DNA from: Chrysomallon squamiferum
Lineage: Eukaryota > Animalia > Mollusca
NCBI GenBank assembly: GCA_012295275.1
Contig: CM022671.1
Location: 15,066,001-15,130,000, forward strand
Reading direction: 5' to 3'
Length of the DNA: 64,000 nt
This document shows, in pieces, positions 13,001-26,407 of the stretch. Position 1 is the stretch's first letter. Each line of letters begins with the position of its first letter. A model generated the notes under the pieces. The model was given only the letters and a program-made list of their open reading frames with translations, searched no databases and was not told where the DNA came from. The position numbers were made by a program, and so were the translations under genes.

Positions 13001-16000
13001 CTACTTGAGCATTTTCAAAGTAGGAGCAATAATTTGAGAAACCGACCTGAAACAATTTTTTTGAATTTTCAATTCATTGACATAAAGATATCTTATATTT
13101 TTTCATACATTAATTTAAGCCCAGTAGTCAATGTGTTTTTTTTTTTTTTTTTTTTTTTTTTTTTCTGGATATATTATATAAAAAATAAACAAAAACACCA
13201 AATTTAACTAGTTCCCCCAAATACTAATAAATCAGATGTCTATATCAAAGACGTTTCCCAAAATAAGTCATGCCTCTGTTATAGTTAATGGTCTGACCAA
13301 ATTTTTCAACATGTCTCATTTTAGCTAGTTTTTTCTCCAATCTGAGCGTTCTGTTACCTGTGAGACCCAATAGACAACATCAGTGACTGTCCACAGTGGC
13401 ACTTGCTGAGACAAGGTATGCGGAATCTTTTCTCCGATTGTCTTGAGTGCTTCAGCAGCCAACTTTGAAGCCACATCATTAGGGCTGCTTGCCAATTTTT
13501 TCAGTGGCTCCACAGCATTGATGTCATAAAATATCTGAAATTATCAACACAAAAACAAAATCATCTAAAAGTATAAGTGATGTCACTGTGCTATATGAAG
13601 AACTTTATAAATCCTAAAAATATTTTTTAAACTTTAATTCCTAGAGATAATTACTACTAGACATAATTAATAATATAATATTTGTTTTCCAGAGGATTCA
13701 TAATTGTAGAACATGGTTTCTTTGAAAGTAATTTAACTGTTATTTATATCTATTGAATCTACTTTAGATTAAAATAAATAAATAAATATATATATCTGAA
13801 CTTACCTCTTGTCGACCCTGTTCTGCTTTTATTGAAGCCTCCATTGCAAAGTGAAATGCTGCCAAAGCCTGAGCCTCCATTCTACGGCTGAACAGCAATG
13901 GAATAAGATGTTTTAACCAGTTCTTGTCACGTCCTTGTTTGTGACTAAGATCACTTTGAGCAAAAACTGATGGTTTATTTGAGCTTATGAAAGGCAGAAC
14001 AAGATCCAGAGTACCCGATTTAACAACTGAAGCTTCTAGTTCTTTGTTGGCAACCAGTGCGCTAACAGCAAGACATGCGTAATACCTGACACTGTTATCT
14101 TCACTGAATGCCAAAGGAAACAACCATTCTGGGACTTTTCGTCTTGCCATCACCTCCTGATTTTCAGAACCTCCAAAGAGAGACAGGTTTGCCAGAGCTT
14201 TAGCACAGCGTCTTAGAACATCAGTGTTGCTGCAACGACACCAGTGAAGGATCACATCAAGGCCACCGAGGCTGAGTACTCGTGTGCATGTCTCTTCAGA
14301 CAATTTGAAAAGATTCTCTAAAATTCCTGTAGCTGCTTTAGCAAGGTTTAAATTTCCAATGGCATTCCTTGTCATATAAACTACAATATCAAGTCCAATT
14401 CTTGAAACTCTTTCTCTGTTCTTTATTGACATTACCTACAAGATAAAAAATACAAAATAAAATTTATATATGCTTTTGAAAGTAAATTGTACCAAACCTT
14501 AATTAATCTAGGCAAAGTGTGCTACAGTGTACTTTCAAAGTTTCTTTAAAGATTCTGGAATTTAGGCTATGCCACTTTGTCACCCATGAACTATTTGTTT
14601 TATGAGGAAAATTCAAAATGGTTGCCACCAAGATAAACTACGCAATGTTTTTTTTCTTAAAATAATACATACAGAAATATTTTGAATTTAGACTTAATAT
14701 GTGGGTCATATTTGCACATTGGTATAAACCTCTGTATTCCCTGACACTAAAAGTTCATAAGTCACTAGTTAAATAAGTTTTCTCTATCTTTATCAGAGTT
14801 AGGTGGGTCAATTTTATTTGAATCAAAATGTGGTCCTATTGTTCAGTGCTGCAATACAGACCATTAAAATACATAATCAGGTTTGTTTACATACACCAGT
14901 GTCTTCCTTAACCTTTAAAATAGTTCAAAGTGAATGTGATATTCTTATTCTACTTGCCTGCTCTAAAAGATCTGCTGAAATTATAAGCAATTCTTCAGGA
15001 GCATCTGCACAGTTGTCTACAAGCATGTCCAAAAGTCCTTCTAATCTCACTATGTCACAGAGGCCATAAGCCAGGTCCCTGCCATACACAGGAGTGTCCC
15101 ATGCTTCTTTGATGACATTTAAAATATGATTTAGAATCACACACTGAACCCCAATTCCTTGGTTTGGAATCTTCAGCTGGTTGATGTAACTTTCAAGTTT
15201 TGTAGACAGGGTCTGGTAAGTCAGTTTCAGATTGTGTCGATGTTTAACCTGATTGAAGCCACGAGGGAACCGGAAGGGATACTTAGAACAAAAAGATGAT
15301 CCAGTGGAACCTTCCTCTTCTTCTGGAGATGGTGGACCTGTGCTGCTGTTGTCAGTATCATTATCAAGAAGCTTTAGATTTTTAGGACCTAATTTCATAC
15401 ACATTGGAAAATCAACTTCATCTTCATCCCGATCTTCAGAATCATCCTGTTTAATGGAACCAATTCAGTAACGTTAGAATGATCGTAAGGAAAAACACTG
15501 ATAACTATCTCAAAGTATGTTACAAAAATTACAACTGTGTTAAATACAAACAAAAAGGAAAGAGATAACACTATGAAATAAAATAACTTGCAACATATTG
15601 TTTTGTGTTCCACATAATTTATATTTTAAATTCAATCACATTCAGAGCAAAAAAAAAAAGTAGAAAATTGCTTTAGTGATTAGTAGATCAATACATTTTT
15701 TTCAAAATTTTAGAACAAAATAAAAAAGTTCAGTACCTGTGGAATTGGTTCCAAAATCTGGCTTCGTCTGCAACTGATTTTTCTTTCTTTTACTTCAATT
15801 TTCTCCTGTTTGTCCTCCATATTAGACAGGTCTAGGTACGTTTTTGAATGCACAGAAATTTGTTTGTTAGAATCTGACTTGCTGGGAATATCATTTGTAT
15901 CACTGCTGTCTACTGATGATGATACATGAAAAACATGTCTGTTCATTTGTTCTTTTATAAGTGCTGCATCAGACTGAGTCCTCTCAAAGGGCTGGTACTG

Positions 16001-16063
16001 TTCTGTATCCTGTGACTTGTTCATTGCTGAGGATTTATATCGGGTTCCATTATCTGAATCCAT
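10022..16063 (-). CDS. SARM1: Sterile alpha and TIR motif-containing protein 1 (NAD+ hydrolase), about 878 aa, 10 coding exons
   Basis: Phase-consistent exons (5'->3'): 16063-15737 (exon acceptor at 16105), 15446-14958, 14435-13806, 13534-13358, 13046-12922, 12183-11948, 11693-11558, 11183-10994, 10556-10435, 10226-10022. ARM region ([60 protein letters not shown]), SAM1 ([25 protein letters not shown]), SAM2 (LDNWL..YTYNML), TIR ([57 protein letters not shown]). The start codon and 5' UTR exons are uncertain. Confidence 0.96.
10350..10469 (-). repeat. 71-bp-period tandem duplication of a SARM1 exon 3' end plus donor site
   Basis: GACATGCGAAGTCTTGTACGTTTCAACAGTGTCAG|gtgagtgaatatgtt versus CACATGAATAGTCTCGAACATTACAACAATGTGAG|gtgagtaaatatgtt (39/50 identical, no gaps). 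Confidence 0.85.
10435..11603 (-). other. SARM1: SARM1 TIR NADase core; the catalytic Glu (equivalent to human E642) is the first codon of exon 10556-10435
   Basis: Spliced sequence EDWVHK|EIVTAL matches the SARM1 KDWVHKEIVTAL motif; GAA codon at 10556-10554. Confidence 0.9.
11400..11545. repeat. Degenerate (AGATAY)n hexamer satellite at the start of a SARM1 intron
   Basis: AGATAC/AGATAT/AGATAG units are visible; they explain the spurious LYLYLY ORF at 11390-11593. Confidence 0.85.
12741..12950. repeat. 79-bp tandem minisatellite derived from the SARM1 SAM1 exon end and donor site
   Basis: TTCTAAGAAATGTCAACA units start at 12741, 12820 and 12899. The third runs into the real exon end (AATACTTTGGGTCAT versus AATACTCTGGGTCAT in the copies). 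Confidence 0.92.
14436..14957 (-). other. GC-AG intron in SARM1
   Basis: Donor CAG|gcaagt at 14957 and acceptor ttgtag|GTA at 14436 join LLEQ to [14 protein letters not shown] in frame, colinear with the conserved SARM1 LLEQ...NR.RV.RIG segment. Confidence 0.88.
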
Positions 16064-16164
16064 GACACACTCCAACCGAGTAACTTCTGGAATTATTTTT
16101 GTGACCTACAGAAATTTAAAATATTTAATTTTTATGATAATTTTAATAAAACTTGTATAGTTTA

Positions 16165-16167
<3 letters not shown>

Positions 16168-16199
<32 letters not shown>
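16168..16199. repeat. (GT)n microsatellite
   Basis: Directly visible. Confidence 0.95.
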
Positions 16200-16200
<1 letters not shown>

Positions 16201-17396
16201 ACATCAATGGTGAGGAAACTGCTGACATAACTGTTAATAATGTCATCACTGATTGGATAACACTATTATTATTTACATACAAACACATTAAATTGTACAA
16301 TATTATTAATTTTCCTTTTTCAGACATTTAATTACTGTTACCAGTAATCATTCCCTATCTGTTGTTTTAATTAAATTATAAATTCCTGCATTCCCCCCAA
16401 ACAAGAACCATTTAAATCTCATGAATGGAAAAATTAATCACAGTCATACCAAATTTAACTTGTCTACATGGTTTACCTGTAATAAAAGCAGTCCAAATTC
16501 AAAAAGGTAACTAACAGTCAATATAACCATTTGATTCTGAAGAAAGAAAACATTAATTGATATATATACATACATATATATATACTTACAACAGTGGAGG
16601 AATTCAAGTGTTTAATTTGCTGTGAGCCTGATAACAATTAAAAATTATTTTAATTACAAAAACAGACATATGCTTTAATCCAAAAAAATATAAAAGGTGT
16701 GACTGTAAACATGTGCTCTTTAAAAATAATTTTTGTCTCAGTGATGAAGAATTGGTACAAAATCTGCAAAAAGGTACATTTTCATCAGCCCAGATTACAT
16801 ATATCTATGATGGAAATTGTTTTCTCACATTAATCTATGAAAATGAGGTAGAATCTGAGAATCAAGAATAAGAAAAAGCTTTCTTCATTTGTTTTTCCTC
16901 AGAATCCTAACATAGTCTCCTGATAACAATGTTATATATAAGCAGTAAATTCAGAAATGCTACAGAAATGATCACAAGTGTGCCTGATACACATTTAAAC
17001 AATTTAAATCTTGATACGAAATATTTGGTAAAGCTTTTGATGACGAGGCATGGAATAACACACTGCTAGACTGCCATTTTTACAACCTCCTATTTAACAA
17101 CATTACATTTTTATCATATTATAACTATAAACAAAAAGCGAGATGGAAACAAATAAGCAGGTGAAATGAGATATATGTCATGAGTGACGAACTAAGCTGA
17201 GAGTTAACAGTTATGTATGTCTTTTTAATACTTGCACTACCAGCAGAACAACATATTGAAACGAAACATTCTGTAAAATGTCTTCTGAGAGCTACATATC
17301 TAAAGTGGAGGATATATCAGTCATTACTTCACCACTGAGCACAGCCTCTATCTAGCACGTTAGGATGTTTATTTGTATAGTAGACCGAATATTTAC

Positions 17397-17640
17397 CTCA
17401 GTGATTCATCATAATTATCCATTCGTCGGACGTAAAATACTTCGCGATTAATGTCAATACATTGCTATTAAAATGATTATAAGATATAAAAATAAAACCT
17501 TTAAATGCACACAAATTATGTCATTATATAACTGTTTACATACCTTCACTAATCATCATTACGTCGAATGTCAAGAACATTTAGTTGTCAGCTAACATGG
17601 GAGATAACTCTATAGAAGATTTGAAAATGTCAACACCGAA
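17397..17640 (-). promoter_or_regulatory. Probable SARM1 promoter / non-coding first exon(s)
   Basis: Local CpG retention plus two consensus minus-strand donors (GAG|gtaaat at 17396, AAG|gtatgt near 17543) upstream of the acceptor at 16105. Confidence 0.45.
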
Positions 17641-17803
17641 GTAGCTCATAGAAAAAAAATATATAACAATTACACAACAAACCAACCAACCAAAAAAAAA
17701 ATGGATAAATTATTATTATTTTTAAATAAAATGGATAAATTATTATTATTTTTACAGATAAAAAGAAAAAGAAGAAAAAAGAATAATATAAATAAAAATG
17801 TAA

Positions 17804-17838
<35 letters not shown>

Positions 17839-17875
17839 ACAGTTATCATATTTGTTAATTTAATGTGGACATTAT

Positions 17876-17918
<43 letters not shown>

Positions 17919-20900
17919 TTTGTCGCAATGTTATAAATGTTGAAATGTCACTATCAAGGTTATTGTGATCCATCAGGCTTAATGGAATGCTGGATATCTG
18001 TAAACTCTATTAAATAAATCATGTCCCTTTGAAAATGATATAAAAATTTGCATAACTGAATTTAAAAAACTTCCATAAAGTAATTAACTGAAATAAAATT
18101 GATCTGAAAACCTGCTTTCAATCATGTTATCAGTTCTCAGACACTGAGAAAACAGACATACACATTCATATGAAATAATTTTAGAAAAGAAAATCAACAA
18201 ATTACAGATATTAGATTTTATTATTCCAAACAAAAATATACAAATAAATTGTCAGCCCAGCAATTATAGGTTTATAAATGCAACAGTGAAGCCAAGCTTG
18301 TGCTTTGAAATTCTTTAAAACAAGATTCACTAAATATGTGTAAAGCATTTCACCACAACTTTCATATGTTAAATCTTTTCTTTCTTTTTATCTTTCTAAA
18401 CACCATCATAAAACAAAAAATTGTTTATATGTACATACACACCCACACATACATAATATTAACATACACACACACACACACACAAAAAAAAAAAGAAAAG
18501 AAAAAGAAATCTCCTATAATTTAAATGTACCATGAATAATTTCCTAAATATTTTTTTTTCCACCGATTTTTAAAGACTATCCCCAAAACATGACAGTGAC
18601 TGTTAATATAATGTGAAAATATTGATATATTAAGTGCAGAGCTAATATAAATATAACAACTGATATTTAAATAATCTTAGCATATTGTGGTGTATTTAAG
18701 TATTTATTTTATATAATATTCATAAATTTAATATTTACTATTTTCATGTTTAGGGGGGGGGGAAATCCAAATAAATTGTTACTGAAATATTCATTTTACA
18801 TAATTTTTTATCAATTACCATTATAGTGATTAATCATTAGGATCCAAAAATATATTTCTGATTTTGTAATTTCTGAATAGTAATTCTGTACTCACAAATC
18901 ATTTTAAAATATCAATAATAATTACCTCCAGATATCTTTATCTATCTATCTATCTATCTATCTAAACAAATCTGTCAAAACCATAAAAACTAGTTATTAA
19001 TATATTTTTTAATTTTTAATTTATTAATTTTTTTCGATTTCTTCAATAATTTATATTAACACAAATCAAATATTTACAGTATACATCAGTTATGATATTT
19101 TATACATGTAAATTCTTACAAGGCAAAATAAAAAAATATAAATATAAATATCACAATGTTATATCTCTAAGCATACTTATATCTCAACCACATTTTTTAA
19201 TAACATTTTATTTACACTGTACTAACATTTAAGCAAGTCAGTTGTTTAAATGGTAGCTACATACTAAGATTATACACTTCTGTTATTTAAAACAACAATA
19301 AACAAACAAGCCTTCTTAAATGTTACAGGTTAAAATACAATGTGGAGCTAATTATGATAATGGCTAATTTATTTTAGATTTATTATTGTAATAAAAAGAA
19401 AGACAAGGTCTTTTTGTAAGCAATAATTGTTTTATAATGTAGGAAAATTAACTGTAAACAAGATTCTAAAGCACACATCAAAGAACAAGATTGTCAACAA
19501 AATAAATGACACTTAATCACTTTTATGTAAAAACTGTGAAACTGAAATTAAAACACATTAAAAACACATCAATGCAGATAACACAGCAAACCAATGACCA
19601 GTCTATAAAGTATTCTGCAATAACAAGAAAATAAAATCAACTAGAAATATAGAACAAAAACTCAGTAATTATTTTTACTTACACAGGATTATTAGATACA
19701 ATTTATTCTTTGAAAAAAAAAAAAAAAAAAATATAAAACAAATACATTAGTAATCTGTTTCAGCTTTGTCTATACTAATGTTTTTAAAATGTTATTATTT
19801 AAAACAAGTGTGTTTTGATACTGAATTTCAAACAACCAACAAATTTATGTGGAAAATGAGTAAAAATCAATAATATTTAACTAACTGAGAAATCTTCAAT
19901 AGCTAATGTTCCTATAATATAATGCCTGAATCATTTTCAGGAAAAAATTTAATTAGTCCCAGTTTTAAATCTTTAATTCTGATAAGGTTATCTGAACATA
20001 AACCAGTGAGATCCATGATTTTTACAAACTTCTGGTTAAGATGATATGTTTATTATCCTTTAATGTGGCTTTTACAGACATTCTAAGATGATAAATAATT
20101 AAACCAGTATGGTACAATATTAAAAATCAGGCAGTTTACATCCAGTCATATACATATTATATTACAAAAAAACCCAATTCTATTTTCAAAAATAATGCAA
20201 AACTTGATATATTTTAAAATCCACAAAACCATCCAAATTAAGAAAGTTCTTATTGTTTAATAAACATTATCATTAAGTCACAGCAATAAAAGTCAATAAC
20301 GCAACATTTAGATAACAAATAGTGATAAAAACAAAGCAACCACAGTTCAAAGATCATTTTATTTAAACTAGATTACATCATTAGATGACATAGTGGAAAT
20401 CCTACTTGATTAATTACACAGTTTGTAATAGGAATATACACTGGTTAGAATAAACACTCATTTTAATGGTTGGTTAATCAATTGCTTATCAATATTTAAA
20501 ACACACACACATAATAAAAAAAAAAAAAAAAATTAAAAATTAAAAAGGATCAAACAAAATAAAAAAAATTAAAAAAGAAAAGAAAATAAAAAACAAATAG
20601 CAAACAAAAAAAACCAACAGTTTATTCATCAGAAATCACTTGTGAAAAAAATGACAGATAACACACAGGATATAATACTAGTCATTTTTCAAATTAGCAT
20701 ATTTAGATACAAATCACATTAATGTATGTATTTTCCAATTTTTTTTTTTTTTTTAACTTTTTTACAAATATATACCTAGAATACTGCTAATGAATTAAAA
20801 GTTAATACATTAGGTTTACAAATATTGTCTTCAAAGATAAATTATAAATATGTAATTATTACACAGTGTCAGTTGTGTAAACAATTAAAATCTATCCATA

Positions 20901-21143
20901 GATATTTACCTAAAACAGAATAATACTAATTTTGCTTTAAAATTATAAATAATAAAAATAATAAATAATTAATCAAAACTAAAAGTAATAAATAATTAAT
21001 AAAGAAAGAAAGAAAAAGAAAAAAGGAAAGTACATTAAACTGATCTTCTTTTTAACAAATAAATAATAATGTTAATAACAAGGCATCATTAACAATTCAA
21101 AACGATGCTGTGCTGTGAAACACCTTTATTCACTATGTGTATA

Positions 21144-21178
<35 letters not shown>

Positions 21179-22162
21179 AATTATTTCACATTATATGCAG
21201 ATATGTCAATAACAGGTAATAGTTTATGCTTGTTACTTATACACATATATTAAATCACAAAAATCACAAATATAAAAATCACACATGTACCATGTAACAA
21301 TCAAATTGAAACATCATTTTTGGTAACAGTTTTTAACTGAACATTCAAATTCTGGTGGCCAGAATTCATATATCACTTTCTTTTCAACTAAAACATCTAT
21401 AATGTGAGAACCTTTAAATCTGAACTATTATTATTACTATTAAGAGTATTATAAAATGTTCATACAAAGCAATCCTAAAAATGATAGGTTGAACTTAAGA
21501 AAGTCAATGATGATGCACTGTTGTGATATTTAACAACAGAAAACTATTGAAAAACAACACAGTTTGATATGTTATAACACTGGGTTATGTTTCACAAAGG
21601 CCTTTTATCTTTATTTAAACTAATATTATACTTCTTGCCTCCCCTTTCTCTGAACAATAAACTATTTTTAGAAATATAATCTGTTCATGCTATATTTAAA
21701 TAATGCTAAATAAACTTGTTTAAAAAATCAGCCTATAAAACAGTGTCCTGATTAAATGATAACTTGTCTTCTTCAACTGCCACAATGGCTGACAGATTTA
21801 TTAATTTCAATTCACCTTTTACTAACTTAACCTTTGTTTAAGCCTTCACCTATATATTTCTAAGGCCTTTTCAAAGAAAAACTGTGATCTTAACAAAAGT
21901 AGAACTGCTAATCACAGTGTTGCTAATAACTGATATGAAATACATTGACAAAAACTTGTTAATATAGTGACACTTTAAACATTTAATGAGGGTTGATATA
22001 TTCACTCCAGTTAACTATACACAATCCTTTTTCTGAGGTTAGTAAAATAAGTTTTTTTCAGCTGGCACTGAACAACATGTAAAAAGCAAAATCATGTTTT
22101 GACACACAGAAGGTATTAATTTCAAGCCAACAGAGAAACACATTTAATGTGAAGTTTAATTT

Positions 22163-23948
22163 TCAACCACTAAGAGGGTCTTCTCTGCAGTGGATAGCAT
22201 ATCTAAGTCTTTGGGTCATTATTTCTTGAGAAGAATACTGTGGTAATTTGATCATGAACATGCACGTTTCAACTCTGACATATCTGTTGTCAGGAGGACC
22301 TGAAAGTTGAAGAAGAAAAAAGAAATTTAGTTACACCTTTCCAAAAAAAACAAGTGAAAAAAAGATAATAAAGAATTAACCAAAAAAATCCCCAAAAGAT
22401 GAAGAAAAGATGAAAAAGCTGCATGCAAAGCTTTAACACTATTCCAAAGCGTACAAACACTAGAAACAAATAAATAAAGAGATGTACATATATGAATAAA
22501 TAAATAAAATAATTTATAACATCTACTAGATCACTGAACAATAAGAATCAGGATCCAAACACACTGCAGCAAAACGTCAGTTAAAAAGGAAATGGAAGAA
22601 ATTCCTGAAAATAACGTATTTTAGGAAGGCAGGAAAGCAGTTGCCCAGTGTTTTTCTTATACAATACCTGTTCCATCTGGTGGTGCTATTTTCATTGGAT
22701 ATGGTGGAACATGTGCACTTTCAAGACCACCTGAACTGCAGGGGCAAGTCTGGGGTATCCGTTCCTGATTGCAAGCAAATTTTATGAATCTACATAGTTC
22801 ATCTGCAGTGAAACCTTCTAATGCATGCCAGAAATACTCAACATGTGTATCCGTCTCCATCAGACCAACCTGATACATTGTATGAGCCTGCAAATAAATA
22901 AAAATAAAAATATATATAATTAATTAATTCTTTCTTAAAATGTACTGTGCTTCATTAATATCATTATCTGAGTAGTGATTTAAAAACTGATCACAAATAC
23001 AATTATTATTACTCAGATTATTACAGTAGTCATATTGTTATATATTTTTTTAAAGAATATTTATCTTCACTGGCTCATAAACATATCCTCCAAGCATAAT
23101 TATTATGAATCTGGAAGATGTTCCATTTTCAATGTTTGGACTCTGTCAGATATATTTAGCAATAATAACTTGTTAAGATCATTTTACCACTGTATCTGAT
23201 TTAAAACAGATAACTGTAACTATAGAGTAACTCGAACCATCTTGTTTTCATAAGAAACACCAACATGAACTTACTTTGAGAAACTGGAGATTTACATGAG
23301 GCAAACCACATGTGCGAATTTCAATGTCTTCAGGTGAAAAGATTGTCAAAAGTTGAACAGGAATGACTGAAGCTAGACCAGACAGAAGAGCTCTCATCCG
23401 ATCCATGCTGGAAAGTTCCTTCAGTCTTAGGGACTTAATGGCATCAACATACTCCTGTCGATTGGACCAGCTACAAAAATGACAAAACTATTAGAACACT
23501 CCAATTTTTTTTTTTAATTTAAGTTAAATAGAATAACAAACTTCATTTTTGTCACAAGGGTTTGTTCCTCCAGTGAAATTTAATTTGCATCTACTCTGTC
23601 GAAGAACGCTTTTATACTGCTTCTACACAGTATTATCTTATTTAATTATTATTATTAATAGCTTTTATTATAACATCATTCTCTGTTTTATTTTTATTTT
23701 TAATGTTTATTAGCTAAAACATTTAATTGTTTTGGAGGGACAGTCTTTTTTCTTATATATCTATTTTCAATATATATTTTAAAAATATAAAGGTTCAGAT
23801 TTATACAAAGATTAACTTTCTTCTAATATTGTTGAAATTTTGCCATATATTACTTATGTTCAGATAAAATCATCAGTACAAAATCTTTTGTCAAATCTTA
23901 AAGTTAATGTGTTTTATGTCTCATTAGGAACAAACAAAGAAGAAAATC

Positions 23949-23998
<50 letters not shown>

Positions 23999-24013
23999 TG
24001 ATGATGATGATGA

Positions 24014-24048
<35 letters not shown>

Positions 24049-26407
24049 TAAAAATAAAAATAAAGAAAAGAAAAGAAAAGAAAAAACCCTAAGAAATCAG
24101 TTTACCTGACATCAACATAATGGCCCCCAGGCACCAACTCAACATCTTCACCCAGCAATCCAGCATACAAAAACTGGGAATACACATCAGAACACAGAGC
24201 AAGCAGCTCACCCTCTGTCTCAATCTGTGAGAATAAATGATGAAGAAAATACTGTAATCTGATAAAAATTGTAAATTTCTAATCCCTGAATCTTTCTTTT
24301 TGGTAACTGTAAATTTGGACTGACATATTTGGGACTGAGGCAATTATTTTAGGACAAAAAATGGACATCCAGTGATCATAAACATAACAAAAAATGCCAG
24401 AAATGTTGATGAAATAACAAAAGCATGATCAGCAATATGACAATTTTAGAAAAATAATTTCACTTTTAAGAATCTGTGAAATAGTAAAAGAAACAAGGAG
24501 CTCTTCTTCATCTTTGGCACACACACACATGTGTGAGTGTGTATATATATATATATATATATACACATACTGTATTCCTAATTCTAATAAGATGAAACCC
24601 TTTGATAGATGTAATATATATATTTTTTATTAAATTATCAAGATAGTTATATTATTTTAATTTAAAGAAATATGTAACTCTCCGCTAAATGCTGAAACAG
24701 GTTTGACAGTACTCACATTTTCAATCTTTTTGATGTAATTGTATGTAAGAATATCTGCTTGCATGAGATCATAATTGGCATCAAGTGGACAGCCAACTAA
24801 ACTCTTCCAGAATGAAGACAGCAAGTCAATGCCGAGAGGTATGTCAGCTCTCATTGTCACACCAAACAGCTAACAGAATAAATTTACTTCATTACTAAGT
24901 ATGAAATAATCAAGAATAAAAAAAAAGAACTTAAATAAGAATTAAAAACAAATGAACTGTACAGGAGAAAACACAACAAACAATCAGAGGCCAAAAAGAG
25001 ATTGAACTATGAAGATGTTATTGTAGACCCAATATGAATTCAACAGTAATTAATCATTTGATTCCACAGAAATTCTTCTGTATATTTATCCTCTGTCAAC
25101 AAGCATAACATTTGGATTATAATGAACATTTATGATTGCAACAGTAGACTGAGTTTTACTTTTAGTTAGAATTATTTTGTTTTCTAAAATTTATTTACAC
25201 TTATAATCAAAGAAAATCTCAATTACAATTATAATGGTCAGTTATATGGGATTTTACTGTTAAAAAATTAAAACAATTTTTATGAAGTACCTTTTACTGA
25301 AACCAGGCATTTATTACCAATGACCCATAGATCATATACATTGAATGACACAATATTCATATTGGTTTGTATATTAATGTAATAGTAGTATTAACAAATT
25401 GGTACATATATTAATATAATAGTTGTATCAACACACTGATTCATTATTTGTATAAATGTCACAAAAAAGGAAACCAAAATTTCTTCTTTTTTTTTTTGCA
25501 TTCATTTTTGAACTGGCAGCACTGCTTATAAATTTGACTGATGTACAAGTGGATCATTCAAGTTGAAGAACACTCATAACATGTAATTAAAGACAAACAT
25601 TTTAATTTGACATTAAATTACTCCTTCAGGCCAGAATTACCTGTCCAAGAAATTCAAGAAGTCTTTCTTCTGAGTATGTCATGTTGCTTGGCCGAAGGAT
25701 ATGTCGACCTTTGTTAATTCCATTGGATGAACTTGGACACAAAATGAATGTGCCAAGAACTGGACCTTGCAGCTCTCTGGCTACCTGCCATAGAAACTGG
25801 CGGAAGGAACCACCTACAAACAAGAGTTTCAGCAACAGCAATTATATCTAATTATCACAAACACATATGCATTTGCATGCACATGCACACACACAGTTTA
25901 AATAGTTGTGTACAATTATTAATATATTTAAGAAGATTTCATAAAAATGTAGAATGTTTTCTATAATACTGCTAAAAGACCTGATCACCTCAAACATCTG
26001 AAACCCTAAACAGCATCAGTAAATAACAAGATACATTCTTGTACAAGTACTCTTTATCAGTGATTATAAAATACAATATTTGTTTAAGCATGGATCTTAT
26101 CCTGAATAAGTATTAAAATAAGATACATACTTAAACGTTAACTTCTCATCTAGTAAATAAAGAAAATGTATTATCCAGTAAATACAGAAAAACAATTACA
26201 TATTTAAACAAAAACTTCTTATGAAGGAAATTATGAAAAACAGATACATACTTGTACCATGTACTTCTTCACCAGTGAGGCGAACGTTGAATGAGTAGGT
26301 TGGATCACCTCCACTAGCAAGTCCCACACAGAGTTGGTTCGATGGCACTGACTGCAGCTGTCTGAAGGCTTGACAAAATACAGTCATGGCAGACCCTTTT
26401 CTCTCAG
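22163..26407 (-). other. HECTD4: HECT domain exons of HECTD4; catalytic Cys codon at 22264-22262
   Basis: FNVRLTGEEVHGTSGSFRQFL, VELVPGG, FWHALEGFT..RFIKFAC and VETCMFMIKLPQY match the HECT consensus (xxTC.x.l.LP.Y). Confidence 0.92.

Noticed and set aside
17697-17753. Direct repeat AAAATGGATAAATTATTATTATTTT x2
   Set aside because: Low-complexity local slippage duplication.
24496-24518. Minus-strand AKDEEELL resembling the start of HECTD4 exon 24224
   Set aside because: No acceptor (preceded by a GT microsatellite) and no similarity beyond a few codons; the real exon closes the frame.
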